Sequence record: PV730302.1 | Strand: one strand, 5' to 3' | DNA length: 64,000 nucleotides | Source of the DNA: a phage | Part shown: positions 1 to 8,872 of the stretch, one piece after another | Position numbering within the stretch: position 1 is the stretch's first letter | Layout: each line of letters opens with the position of its first letter | The notes under the pieces: model-generated | The model's database searches: none | What the model was told of the DNA's origin: nothing | Seen by the model: the letters and a program-made list of their open reading frames with translations, nothing else | Position numbers and translations under genes: made by a program

Positions 1-413
1 CGCAGAGCAGCCAGACGAGAACCTTTAACACCATATTTAGAAGCTTGCTTACGGACGTACCCTAAATAGGCTTTCATGTTGGTTGTATAGAACCGAGAAC
101 GATTGTCTTGGATAAATTTCCATACATCAGGTAAATCAGATTTAACCACCAGTTCAGGTGGAGTGTGGAGCATATCCAGAGCAACGGTTTCGCCTTCAGC
201 CGCCAGTTTAAAGAAATATTTCAGGCTATAAAGCTCGTGGTCAACATCATCTTTAGTGTTTTTGGAAGCAGTGTTATTCGTATTCAGGTTGGTATGGTTC
301 ATAGCCGTACCTAACAGAATATCACGCGGATGTGGAACAAAGATTTCTTTAAAATCAACATCAGATTCTGGAGTACTTGTTCCATAAAGGTGGCTACCGA
401 AGTAGCCTTTCAT
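1..413 (-). CDS. Pol-beta-type nucleotidyltransferase-like protein (N-terminal part; C-terminus lies beyond window start)
   Basis: Own translation of the minus strand (not in ORF track): MKGYFGSHLYGTSTPESDVDF... fits the GS-x(9-13)-DxD nucleotidyltransferase motif; ATG at 411-413. Confidence 0.5.
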   Translation of the reverse strand, partial: MKGYFGSHLYGTSTPESDVDFKEIFVPHPRDILLGTAMNHTNLNTNNTASKNTKDDVDHELYSLKYFFKLAAEGETVALDMLHTPPELVVKSDLPDVWKFIQDNRSRFYTTNMKAYLGYVRKQASKYGVKGSRLAAL

Positions 414-421
414 AACTGTTC

Positions 422-880
422 TCATTCTTTGTCCTCGAAGTGGATTACCGGACAGACCTTAGATTTACGAGCTTTAATGTATTGAATAACGATATTTTCT
501 TTAGTTTCTCGGCCTTCACGCTCAGCTTGAATACGTTGCCATTCCTTTTCTTCTCTACGGGCATCATACCATGCGTGTAAATTCATCGCACCGAATGCCA
601 AACCAATGGATAGCGCAATAATAAGAGCTATTGCAACCAATCCTAAAACAAACCCTAGACTCAACAGAACAGGGGTACTTAATACAAAGAAATGCTCTAA
701 TACACCAACACCTGCAACAGTTAATCCAAAAAGCGTACTACCTGCAACAACAGCACAAGCAAAACAAGCCCAAACCATTTTCCAGAAGTAAGCACATAAA
801 GAGTGCGGTCGAGAATGACTGTCATAAAAACGGTCATGAAGTTTAGCGTGCCAAGAGTTTGCATTGATAATCATAATCAT
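422..880 (-). CDS. small membrane protein (hypothetical)
   Basis: ORF track 152 aa; long hydrophobic segments consistent with 2-3 TM helices. Confidence 0.5.
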   Translation of the reverse strand: MIMIINANSWHAKLHDRFYDSHSRPHSLCAYFWKMVWACFACAVVAGSTLFGLTVAGVGVLEHFFVLSTPVLLSLGFVLGLVAIALIIALSIGLAFGAMNLHAWYDARREEKEWQRIQAEREGRETKENIVIQYIKARKSKVCPVIHFEDKE

Positions 881-890
881 AATATTTTCC

Positions 891-1451
891 TTAAGAGTTC
901 ATAGTTGGGATAACAGAGTTCAGATAAGAGACTAAAACTTTTAGTTCGTCTTTAGTAAATACCACTTCACTTTCACCATCGTGTCTTTGGGTCAAGGATA
1001 ACAAATCACGGCCCTGATGTTGATACACGGTTAATTCAGTATCATAATTCAGTTCTTCTTCATCACCTTCAAAGGTTTCACTAGAACGAATCACGGCATC
1101 TTGGCCAGGGACTTTCCATTCAACTTCCGGCTTGCATTCTTCCTGGAACAGTTTGAAAATACAATCAAAGAATTTATCAGAATCGCTGATGCTCAGACAT
1201 TCCCCGTCTGTTTCCAAATTAAACCCGTTGTCATGGTTATAAATCTGGGCCCACATATCATCGTTAATATCAAATACACCTCTAAAACTACCATTAAGAT
1301 ATTCGTGTTTATCCAAAACCTTTAAATCGTAAAGTGGTTTGATATCTTGGATAGTCAGTACGATTTTATCGTCTTCTTGTGAAAGCACAATCGCATTATC
1401 AACTACTTCAGCGGTCAGGTCACCAAACAACCCAGATGTTTCAATAATCAT
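891..1451 (-). CDS. hypothetical acidic protein
   Basis: ORF track 186 aa; tightly packed in minus-strand early operon. Confidence 0.5.
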   Translation of the reverse strand: MIIETSGLFGDLTAEVVDNAIVLSQEDDKIVLTIQDIKPLYDLKVLDKHEYLNGSFRGVFDINDDMWAQIYNHDNGFNLETDGECLSISDSDKFFDCIFKLFQEECKPEVEWKVPGQDAVIRSSETFEGDEEELNYDTELTVYQHQGRDLLSLTQRHDGESEVVFTKDELKVLVSYLNSVIPTMNS

Positions 1452-1461
1452 TTTCCGTTCC

Positions 1462-1644
1462 TCATTTCACATTTTGTTTAATAAAATTTAACAACTCATT
1501 AAGAGCTTTATCTTCTTCTTTGGAAAGCCTAGTACAATCATCAACCGAGTAATGGTTGCAAAATGCTGTTTCGAATCTAGCAACTGTACCTGCATAGGCC
1601 TCGATAAGCTCTTCAAGCTTTAAGTGCTTTTCTTTAGTTTTCAT
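1462..1644 (-). CDS. hypothetical small protein
   Basis: ORF track 60 aa; fits gene packing. Confidence 0.35.
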   Translation of the reverse strand: MKTKEKHLKLEELIEAYAGTVARFETAFCNHYSVDDCTRLSKEEDKALNELLNFIKQNVK

Positions 1645-1647
1645 AAA

Positions 1648-1932
1648 TCACCGGTTATGTTTTAAAATACTATAAAGCTCTTCAACTTGGCTTGCATCCA
1701 GATAAATGACCTCGTCATCTTGTTCCAGAACAATCCCACCTTTAATGAGGTTCCATTCCACCACTTCAACAGTCATATCATCACCGGAACCGGCTAATGT
1801 TTCTGGTTCTAAAACGATAACGCCATTTTCGGAATTACCACTCGGGTCATATAACATTACAGTTTCCTCGCTAACCGTGAAAAGAATAAACCAATTAAAA
1901 CAGGCCCTACAACCATTGTTAACCAAGCCCAA
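1648..1932 (-). CDS. hypothetical protein
   Basis: ORF track 94 aa. Confidence 0.45.
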   Translation of the reverse strand: MGLVNNGCRACFNWFILFTVSEETVMLYDPSGNSENGVIVLEPETLAGSGDDMTVEVVEWNLIKGGIVLEQDDEVIYLDASQVEELYSILKHNR

Positions 1933-1977
1933 GGTTCAAGATAGTAAATCATCTTCATGCTCCTATGCCACCAGCCA

Positions 1978-2160
1978 TTAGGCTTTCAATTCTTCTAAAT
2001 AATCAACCAAAGCCTGTTTTGATTTAGCCAAATCTCGTTTACACCGTTCTATTCCGGAATATGAATAACCTTCACACATCTCAACCGCAAGGTCGTTAGA
2101 ATCTCTTTCAATTTCAATAGCTAATTTAAGAATTTTTGCACACTGTTCAGCAGTTAACAT
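1978..2160 (-). CDS. hypothetical small protein
   Basis: ORF track 60 aa. Confidence 0.35.
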   Translation of the reverse strand: MLTAEQCAKILKLAIEIERDSNDLAVEMCEGYSYSGIERCKRDLAKSKQALVDYLEELKA

Positions 2161-2164
2161 ATCA

Positions 2165-2401
2165 TCACCAATATTTGTTAATGTTAGAAATCAATTCCTG
2201 GACCTGGGTAGTCTTCAGCTTACACCCACAACCCTTTAATGTATCTTTAAGGAGCCATGGCTCCTTGAGCTCGTCCTTTTCTAGACGAATTCTGTATCCT
2301 CGATAATCGGCGAAGATGCTTCGGTCGTCGAATATCTTAATCTCAAGGAGGCGGTTATTGATTTCATATTCTAATGAAACCGTAGTACTTGTAAGTTTCA
2401 T
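2165..2401 (-). CDS. hypothetical protein
   Basis: ORF track 78 aa; early promoter cassette immediately upstream (2419-2458); SD GGAG before ATG. Confidence 0.5.
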   Translation of the reverse strand: MKLTSTTVSLEYEINNRLLEIKIFDDRSIFADYRGYRIRLEKDELKEPWLLKDTLKGCGCKLKTTQVQELISNINKYW

Positions 2402-2418
2402 ACTGTTCTCCTCATTAG

Positions 2419-2458
2419 TTGATAAGTCTATAGTATCATGTTCCTAGAGGATGTAAAC
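2419..2458 (-). promoter_or_regulatory. early promoter/stem-loop cassette (core TTGATAAGTCTATAGTATCA)
   Basis: minus sense GTTTAC-N17-TACTAT, SD GAGGAG, ATG at 2401. Confidence 0.6.
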
Positions 2459-2498
2459 ACCTAAACGAAAAAAGGTCCCACCGAAGTGAGACCTTTGA

Positions 2499-2882
2499 TT
2501 ATTCTAACGTCAGCAAATACTTAGTCTGGTAAAAGACGCCAGTGATATCGTCCAAAGTCGACTGGATGGCCTTGGGAAGGGTATCATAGATTTTATCAGA
2601 TGCTTTAAGAAGCTCGTCAAGGAAATCTACAGGGTCCTTAGGCAAGTCTGAAGCAGACGGTAATGATGCTTTATATTCTTTGCCACTGAATCCAAGATAT
2701 TGCTCACTAAATTGGTCCAATGGGCCTTGAACTTCTACATAATAGAAGTCATACGCTTTGTGTCTTGCATAGCTTTTGGTTTCTAAATGGGCTGACTTAA
2801 AATAGGCTAAAGAAACCAGTAGCCAACCAATATAAGAATCCACTTCAGACCCTCGACCGGGTACGAAATCATTGAACTTCAT
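2499..2882 (-). CDS. hypothetical protein
   Basis: ORF track 127 aa. Confidence 0.5.
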   Translation of the reverse strand: MKFNDFVPGRGSEVDSYIGWLLVSLAYFKSAHLETKSYARHKAYDFYYVEVQGPLDQFSEQYLGFSGKEYKASLPSASDLPKDPVDFLDELLKASDKIYDTLPKAIQSTLDDITGVFYQTKYLLTLE

Positions 2883-3162
2883 CTTCCACCTTCATTAGTT
2901 TTACATAACGCTCTCCGATGGCACGACCTTCAATTGAGCACGCTTCTATAGTCCGACAACTTGACATCTTCCAAGAAGCCGTAACATAGGCCCAATAGTC
3001 TTCAGAGGCCTTTACGCTGGGTCTACTCATTTGTGCATAAACAGGCATCGCACTACTAGCAAATGCATCCATCAATTTATCGTTGGTGTTATTTGCTAGT
3101 GAAACTGTAGGGCTTAAACATCCCGCCATAAGGATACAAGCCGCTGTACGGAAAATATCCAT
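2869..3162 (-). CDS. hypothetical protein, possible signal peptide or lipoprotein
   Basis: ORF track 97 aa; N-terminal hydrophobic stretch ending ...LMAGC. Confidence 0.4.
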   Translation of the reverse strand: MDIFRTAACILMAGCLSPTVSLANNTNDKLMDAFASSAMPVYAQMSRPSVKASEDYWAYVTASWKMSSCRTIEACSIEGRAIGERYVKLMKVEDEVQ

Positions 3163-3254
3163 ACAAAAGTCCTTTGTTGTTTTATACTATTTGCCTTTCG
3201 GCCTTAACCGATAGCGATTACCAAAAGCTAAAGCTCTACGGTTAGTATTATTAT

Positions 3255-3533
3255 TTATAGCTTTTTAAGCTTACGACAATAAGAATAGAACACGTCGTTA
3301 AAATTATGCTCAACCCAATTCCTCTGTATAGGCGAGGTAATGGAAAGCATATAATGAGCTTTAATTAAATCCATCCCATTTTTATTAGGACATTCTTTAT
3401 TATTAGCATTATACGTCGCTGCTACAACCTCTATCTCTCTTTTGTAAGCCACATCATCCATGATAGGCGAAAGAACAATATAAGAAATAGCCACAGCGAA
3501 CGCTAGAATTAAAATCTTTGAATTTAGGTCCAT
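3255..3533 (-). CDS. small membrane or secreted protein
   Basis: ORF track 92 aa; N-terminal hydrophobic helix. Confidence 0.45.
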   Translation of the reverse strand: MDLNSKILILAFAVAISYIVLSPIMDDVAYKREIEVVAATYNANNKECPNKNGMDLIKAHYMLSITSPIQRNWVEHNFNDVFYSYCRKLKKL

Positions 3534-3540
3534 AGTACCC

Positions 3541-4113
3541 TCAACTCGTTATTTCTATCCAGTGCTTCCTGCACAATGACACGTAAGAATCGTTGCCACC
3601 TATAGAAACTTGGGCTCCGTCCTTAATTGCAATACCATCTTGGATACGAGCCGTCATAGTAGCTTTACGGCCGCAATGGCACACACCTTTGTACTCAACG
3701 AGTTTATCTGCTGTAGCGAGTAATTCAGCAGAGCCAGGAAACAGTTTACCCTGAAAATCAGTTCTTAGCCCATAGCACATAACTGGAACATTATAATTGT
3801 CTACTATCTTTGCCAGTTGTTTTATCTGTGCAGGTTCTAAGAACTGTGCTTCATCCACAAATACACAGTGGATATCTTTTTGAGATTCAGCCCAACGATA
3901 GAACTCGTATAGGTCCATATCCGGAGTCACGGCATTAGCCTCTTGACTAATCCCTATACGAGACGAAATGCTATGGCTTGATTCTCTATTGTCTATCGCA
4001 GGCTTTAAAAGGAGTACGCCCATACCGCGTTCTTTGTAGTTATGAGCCGCTGTTAGCAATGAAGCGGTCTTCCCAGAATTCATCGCCGCATAGTGAAAAT
4101 AAAGTTGAGCCAT
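3541..4113 (-). CDS. tk: thymidine kinase
   Basis: 190 aa; P-loop MNSGKTASLL, C-terminal Cys cluster CHCGRKA...LCRKH; size matches T4 Tk. Confidence 0.9.
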   Translation of the reverse strand: MAQLYFHYAAMNSGKTASLLTAAHNYKERGMGVLLLKPAIDNRESSHSISSRIGISQEANAVTPDMDLYEFYRWAESQKDIHCVFVDEAQFLEPAQIKQLAKIVDNYNVPVMCYGLRTDFQGKLFPGSAELLATADKLVEYKGVCHCGRKATMTARIQDGIAIKDGAQVSIGGNDSYVSLCRKHWIEITS

Positions 4114-4122
4114 ATTACCTTC

Positions 4123-4329
4123 TTAAAGACTATTTACATAAGCAATTAATTCATTTTCTTTCTCATCAAATCGATTAGCAAATTCTTCCAGATGGTCGGC
4201 ATCTATAGGGCCATATTCATCATAAAAAGAATTTGCTTCTGCATGCTCATCTAGAAGTTCATGGATAAGCTCAAACAATTTATCTTTCTGCTCTTTACTC
4301 AGACTCATAACCATTGTACCTTTAAGCAA
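4123..4329 (-). CDS. hypothetical small acidic protein
   Basis: ORF track 68 aa. Confidence 0.35.
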   Translation of the reverse strand: MLKGTMVMSLSKEQKDKLFELIHELLDEHAEANSFYDEYGPIDADHLEEFANRFDEKENELIAYVNSL

Positions 4330-4517
4330 TATTCTTCAACATGCTGTTTGCGTTTATTTTTATCTATAAAAGTATATTCAACATATTCACCAATATACCA
4401 TTTATCGGTGTTATGTTGACTTTTTATAGGGCATTTAGTTACTCGGGTTTCGGACCAGTGTCGAATAATTTCCGCTTTATTTTTAGGGTCAAACGGATGC
4501 GGGTAATGGGCTTTCAT
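4305..4517 (-). CDS. hypothetical protein
   Basis: ORF track 70 aa. Confidence 0.4.
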   Translation of the reverse strand: MKAHYPHPFDPKNKAEIIRHWSETRVTKCPIKSQHNTDKWYIGEYVEYTFIDKNKRKQHVEEYCLKVQWL

Positions 4518-4956
4518 AATCTACCACCACTAAATTAATATCAGGAGTAAACAAATTAATCAATTGATAAACCTTGTCCCAATCACCACCAGCAATACCA
4601 CAACCGATGCGAGGGATATAAATTCTTGGTTTAAACAAAAGACCCTTTGCGGTACGGTTTAATTCTATCATACAGTTTACTAAAGCACCGTAATCAAGAT
4701 TAGGGCCCGGTTCGTATTGGGTGTATAAATTATAGCAAATTTGGCCCTTATTACCTGTGGCTTGAGTAAACGTGCCAAGTTTTTCCAAATGGCCTAAATA
4801 AGTGGTTTTATCGATAGCGAGAATAGGCGGATAAGCCTTAGCCAATTGCCCAGCTACACCTGAACCCATTGTATGGAAACAGTTACACCCGTGAGCAACA
4901 TTATTACCTTGAAGAAACAGGGCGACGATATCGCCCTTAATATAATCAATAATCAT
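4489..4956 (-). CDS. macro-domain-like protein (putative ADP-ribose binding or hydrolase)
   Basis: 155 aa; N-terminal GDI...GNNVAHGCNC...GSGVAGQL resembles the macro-domain GDI/NAAN/GGGV motifs (pattern recognition, not computed). Confidence 0.5.
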   Translation of the reverse strand: MIIDYIKGDIVALFLQGNNVAHGCNCFHTMGSGVAGQLAKAYPPILAIDKTTYLGHLEKLGTFTQATGNKGQICYNLYTQYEPGPNLDYGALVNCMIELNRTAKGLLFKPRIYIPRIGCGIAGGDWDKVYQLINLFTPDINLVVVDYESPLPASV

Positions 4957-5309
4957 TTAGAGTTTAGTCCTCGGTTGTAAGAGTCAACGAGTCTGTCTAC
5001 CATAGACGCGCACATTTCTTTGTACTTTTTATCAGATGGAATACATTCAGTAACGTTTAGACGTTGCTCGTATCTTTTAGAAAGAGTTTTCTCTTTCATT
5101 CGGCGATGCTCTACGTCATTCTGGCCATCTTTAAAAGCAGCTGTGATTTTTGAACTGAATTCGATAATGCATTCAGTATTACTCGGATGACAATAATCTT
5201 TTGCTGTACGGGTAGCATACTCGACAATTGAATTATTACTATCATAAACTTGTGACGCTAATACTCCCGGAGCAATCAACATAAGCGCTATAGTCATCTG
5301 CTTAATCAT
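4953..5309 (-). CDS. secreted hypothetical protein
   Basis: 118 aa; N-terminal signal-like MIKQMTIALMLIAPGVLAS. Confidence 0.5.
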   Translation of the reverse strand: MIKQMTIALMLIAPGVLASQVYDSNNSIVEYATRTAKDYCHPSNTECIIEFSSKITAAFKDGQNDVEHRRMKEKTLSKRYEQRLNVTECIPSDKKYKEMCASMVDRLVDSYNRGLNSK

Positions 5310-5849
5310 TTAATATACCGCCTCAAACATCTTTTTAGATTTTAGATAATTGGCCTTTTCTAGAACTTCAGAAGCATATTTACTGCCTACTTTGACGTTC
5401 CAGCCCGCATTATAAGAAGCAATCGCTTTTCTCAGGTCACCTTTGTGAACATCAATCCAATAAGACAGTTCAATGTAGGCCCAAGAGGCACTGTTCTGTC
5501 GTTTTTGGACCATACGGATTATTTCTTTATCAGACATCTTCCAACCTACCTGTTGAACACGACTTCTTAACGTAGGCAAGTAATTTTGGAACATGCCATA
5601 AGCATGGTGCTTATCTTTATTTAAACCCTGATTAATTCCGGCGGATGATTCCTGCCATAGTAATCCGGCCATGATATATCCTAATCCTTTTTGATTAGGG
5701 TTTTCTTTGAACTTTCCCGACTTTTGGTATTGTTCACCGAAAGCATACGCATAATGTAAATTATCGAGTTGTTCATTACTGAAAGTAGGCTCTACGCTAT
5801 GGGCAGACATACTAACTGTCAATAGTAAAGTGGCTAATACTTTTTTCAT
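5310..5849 (-). CDS. secreted lytic-transglycosylase-like (SLT domain) protein
   Basis: 179 aa; signal peptide MKKVLATLLLTVSMSAHS; motifs LLWQESS, GMFQ, SYNAGW resemble the SLT catalytic signature. Confidence 0.55.
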   Translation of the reverse strand: MKKVLATLLLTVSMSAHSVEPTFSNEQLDNLHYAYAFGEQYQKSGKFKENPNQKGLGYIMAGLLWQESSAGINQGLNKDKHHAYGMFQNYLPTLRSRVQQVGWKMSDKEIIRMVQKRQNSASWAYIELSYWIDVHKGDLRKAIASYNAGWNVKVGSKYASEVLEKANYLKSKKMFEAVY

Positions 5850-5861
5850 GAGACCTCATTA

Positions 5862-6320
5862 TTAAAGATAGATTACTTTCGTGCTGGTTTTACCTTCTAA
5901 ACGTTTAGAGTTAACAAATGCCATACGACATTTAAGGGAATATCCTTTATCAGGATGCTTACGGTCTACTGTCATACCCAACCATAAGGTTTTATCGGTA
6001 ATTTCTAGACGCAATGGGCGATACACTTTACCAGGGACAATTTCGGATTCTACATCAGGCAGAGGTTCCTGGATTAAAAATTCATGGATTTCTTTAACAT
6101 GGTTATGGAGTTGCTTGAATAAAGCAAAAACGTATTTTTCGTCGATTTCACGTTGGATAGCACGGTCCAACAAGTGATTAGAGTACTTAATAAAGAAGGC
6201 TGGGACTCCGCTCTTGATGGCGGCTTTTTTGATGGACGTATTCAGTTCACGGAATTCGGTTTCGAACTGACGACGTAATTTATTGCGGCGGATGAATACT
6301 TCTGAATTAATTTCTGACAT
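5862..6320 (-). CDS. regB: RegB site-specific endoribonuclease
   Basis: 152 aa; N-terminus ...EVFIRRNKLRR...HLLDRAIQREIDE matches remembered T4 RegB; early promoter cassette upstream. Confidence 0.85.
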   Translation of the reverse strand: MSEINSEVFIRRNKLRRQFETEFRELNTSIKKAAIKSGVPAFFIKYSNHLLDRAIQREIDEKYVFALFKQLHNHVKEIHEFLIQEPLPDVESEIVPGKVYRPLRLEITDKTLWLGMTVDRKHPDKGYSLKCRMAFVNSKRLEGKTSTKVIYL

Positions 6321-6338
6321 TTTGTAATCTCCTGTAGT

Positions 6339-6377
6339 TGATAGGTCTATAGTACCACGTCTACAGGAGATGTAAAC
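6339..6377 (-). promoter_or_regulatory. early promoter/stem-loop cassette upstream of regB
   Basis: minus sense GTTTAC-AT-CTCCTGTAG...TACTATAGACCTATCAA-CTACAGGAG-ATTACAAA-ATG. Confidence 0.7.
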
Positions 6378-6381
6378 TGCT

Positions 6382-6591
6382 TTATTCTTGGAATGGGGTA
6401 AGTTTTCCAGCAGCTGAACAAATTTCTACCAGTACAGGGTAAAACTCTTTCACTTGTTCAAGGCGTTGGGCTGCATACTGTACTTCACCTTCTTCGAGAC
6501 AAGCCATTTGGTCGTCAAGCAAGTATTTGTGGTAGCCAGTACAGGCTTCACCGATGATACGCTGGAAATCTTGTAAACTTTCAATTTTCAT
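6382..6591 (-). CDS. hypothetical protein
   Basis: ORF track (start moved to internal MKIESL giving an ATGA overlap with the upstream ORF). Confidence 0.45.
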   Translation of the reverse strand: MKIESLQDFQRIIGEACTGYHKYLLDDQMACLEEGEVQYAAQRLEQVKEFYPVLVEICSAAGKLTPFQE

Positions 6592-6869
6592 CAGTATTTT
6601 TCCTCGGGTTGGAAAACGGAACGACACGCCCACATGCTTGCTTCTTTCAGACGGTCAATTGCATTACGAATCTGGGTGATGCGTTCATGAGCCTGGTCTA
6701 GTTCTTGTTCAGAAACCTCTTCGGTATCTAAGTTCATATAATGAGTAACATGTTCTTCTTCCAGAGCTTTAAACATTAACCCAAGACGAACTTCAGCATC
6801 TTTGATAGCGTTTACTTTACCGATTTTATCGTCGGTATGCGGCTTATAACCCTTGATATCTTCAATCAT
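6591..6869 (-). CDS. hypothetical protein
   Basis: ORF track 92 aa. Confidence 0.45.
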   Translation of the reverse strand: MIEDIKGYKPHTDDKIGKVNAIKDAEVRLGLMFKALEEEHVTHYMNLDTEEVSEQELDQAHERITQIRNAIDRLKEASMWACRSVFQPEEKY

Positions 6870-7084
6870 TTCACTTCCTCGCCAGTTGCGATATCATATT
6901 CTACCAAACGAAGGCCTTCAGTCCAACCTTGCACGGAGATATAGGTAGTCGGGTAAATCATTTCTTTACCATTCCACCGACCGCCATCCCAGACTTCCAG
7001 AAAGTCTTGTTCACCTGGTCCATTAAGCCATTCAACAAATCTTTTCAGAGCTTCTTCAGAACCTTCAATTGTCAATTTAGACAT
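6866..7084 (-). CDS. hypothetical protein
   Basis: ORF track 72 aa. Confidence 0.4.
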   Translation of the reverse strand: MSKLTIEGSEEALKRFVEWLNGPGEQDFLEVWDGGRWNGKEMIYPTTYISVQGWTEGLRLVEYDIATGEEVK

Positions 7085-7373
7085 ATTTTTTCCAATCAGA
7101 AATCATATGAATCTCTTGGTCATAAGTCAAGAGACTACGAGCAATAATACCCTTACAAGGCCCTGAGATGAACTCGAGAGTGAAGTAAGGAACCTGTTTC
7201 ATTAATCGGATACTAGGAGCATGACATCTAAAACGAGAGCCCTTAAAGGGCCCTGTCATGAATACATATTCCAATGGGTAGAAATAAGCATATTCGAAAT
7301 TTGCAGTAAGGTCCTCTCTTCGAACCTTACGTGAGAAATAACAGAACTCAAAAAGTTCTTCATCAGTCATCAT
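7077..7373 (-). CDS. hypothetical protein
   Basis: ORF track (listed 7077-7421; internal start MMTDEEL avoids overlap). Confidence 0.45.
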   Translation of the reverse strand: MMTDEELFEFCYFSRKVRREDLTANFEYAYFYPLEYVFMTGPFKGSRFRCHAPSIRLMKQVPYFTLEFISGPCKGIIARSLLTYDQEIHMISDWKKYV

Positions 7374-7897
7374 TGCATTCCTATCACAAAGAACAGAGGC
7401 AAAGGCTTGTCGCCTTGGCACATAAATTTATTAATCATTACCTGGTAAGCTTCATAGAACTTATCCATCGCTGGAAGGCGCATTGGCTCTTCGATAATAA
7501 TCAATAATCGAGTAACAGATAGTCCACGATACTTATGGAAATTGTCTTCATCAAGGAAACTGCGCACAGTATCATAGACAACAAAACCAGGACCTTCGAC
7601 TTGGAGATGTGGGTGTGCCTTAGAAACCTGTTTTATTACATTACAAATTTCTCGCGAGCGATGCGAAGAACTCGACATAACAATCACATCATTACCCTTG
7701 GAAACCCAATCAGCGGCGAACTGAGCAAGGGCACTTGTTTTACCTGTTTGGCGTCCGCCATCAAGTCGAAGAGTACCAAACTCTTGCATTCTTGAAGCAG
7801 GTTCATACCATGTGTATTGGTCTGAGTCTAAACGTTCAATGGCGCGTTCAGCGAAGGCGTGCATTAAGGTTAGATAAATGGGAGTTAAAAATTTCAT
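7370..7897 (-). CDS. P-loop NTPase-like protein
   Basis: 175 aa; Walker A GRQTGKTS. Confidence 0.5.
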   Translation of the reverse strand: MKFLTPIYLTLMHAFAERAIERLDSDQYTWYEPASRMQEFGTLRLDGGRQTGKTSALAQFAADWVSKGNDVIVMSSSSHRSREICNVIKQVSKAHPHLQVEGPGFVVYDTVRSFLDEDNFHKYRGLSVTRLLIIIEEPMRLPAMDKFYEAYQVMINKFMCQGDKPLPLFFVIGMQ

Positions 7898-7932
7898 AGT
7901 AGTCTCTTAGTGGTGGGGCCATTCCTTGGCAC

Positions 7933-7961
7933 ATAATTCGTCCATGTATCCGTATGTAAAC
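7933..7961 (-). promoter_or_regulatory. possible early promoter (GTTTAC -35, weak -10) without the conserved cassette core
   Basis: minus-strand GTTTAC-N17-AATTAT upstream of ORF 7370-7897. Confidence 0.3.
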
Positions 7962-8057
7962 CCTTTACCGCACTTGGGCTCGACCTTATTACAGGTAGGG
8001 AAAGGTCCATCACTCAGAGGACGCGACGTTCATGAGGAGAGGGCCGGCTTGCCTTTA

Positions 8058-8357
8058 TTAGAAAGAACCAGAACCTCTAATTGTGTTCTGGCGACCTTTA
8101 TTTTCTAATTCATAGTCGTCGATTTCGTAGGCTTGTGCTACACCAAAAGCCTTTTTAACTTTAGCTAAAGAGCCTTTAGACGTAACAATATTAAAAGTAT
8201 TACCTTTGGTAAAATCAACCAAATCCACTTGTACACCCTGTTTACCGAGGCTTGCTACAATAGCATCAACATATTCCTGGTCTAAATTGCCTTGAACTCC
8301 AATTTGAAATACTTTAGGAGCTTTGGCTTCTGTAATAAATTCTTGGTAAGTTTTCAT
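8058..8357 (-). CDS. internal-protein-like (capsid targeting sequence MKTYQEFITE)
   Basis: 99 aa; N-terminal 10 residues match the T4 IP capsid targeting sequence with an I-x-E cleavage motif; paralog of 21257-21565. Confidence 0.7.
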   Translation of the reverse strand: MKTYQEFITEAKAPKVFQIGVQGNLDQEYVDAIVASLGKQGVQVDLVDFTKGNTFNIVTSKGSLAKVKKAFGVAQAYEIDDYELENKGRQNTIRGSGSF

Positions 8358-8399
8358 ATTATTCCTTAAGTTGGTAGAAGTATTCTATCACGGATTTAA

Positions 8400-8816
8400 T
8401 TAAGCGTAAATCGCCTTACCATAATGTTTGTACCAGGTAGGGCGTTGTGCAATTTTTTCGTCCAAACGGGCTTGTGAAATGGCGATAGAAGCTTCGTGAG
8501 GAACATAATCATCACGGAATTCCTGAGGAATGTCACTAATGTCCTGGACAGTAGTATCCTTGATATTAAAACCACGTTTTAAACATTCGGCTATAAGCTC
8601 AATTTGTCGCTTACGTAAAAATTCAAGCTTATCGTAAAAGAATGTAACATGGCCTGTGCCAAGGATAAAAGTAGGACTGATTTTGAAATCACGGACACGT
8701 TTACCATTAGCAACATGCTTACGAACTGCACCGAAAACACGTGGTAATTCACGATATTCAGCCATTAAGTGTTGGTCAGCCAATTCAGATACTAAGGTAA
8801 GGTTGATACGAGTCAT
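8400..8816 (-). CDS. denV: endonuclease V, pyrimidine-dimer DNA glycosylase
   Basis: 138 aa; [31 protein letters not shown]... essentially identical to remembered T4 EndoV. Confidence 0.95.
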   Translation of the reverse strand: MTRINLTLVSELADQHLMAEYRELPRVFGAVRKHVANGKRVRDFKISPTFILGTGHVTFFYDKLEFLRKRQIELIAECLKRGFNIKDTTVQDISDIPQEFRDDYVPHEASIAISQARLDEKIAQRPTWYKHYGKAIYA

Positions 8817-8832
8817 TTTTAATCTCCTGTAG

Positions 8833-8872
8833 TTGATAGGTCTATAGTATCATGACTACAGGAGATGTAAAC
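8833..8872 (-). promoter_or_regulatory. early promoter/stem-loop cassette upstream of denV
   Basis: same architecture; inverted repeat CTCCTGTAG/CTACAGGAG brackets the -10. Confidence 0.7.

Noticed and set aside
7926-8108. 60-aa plus-strand ORF in an intergenic gap
   Set aside because: Opposite to local transcription; the region more likely holds a weak early promoter and a hairpin at the 3' end of the IP gene.
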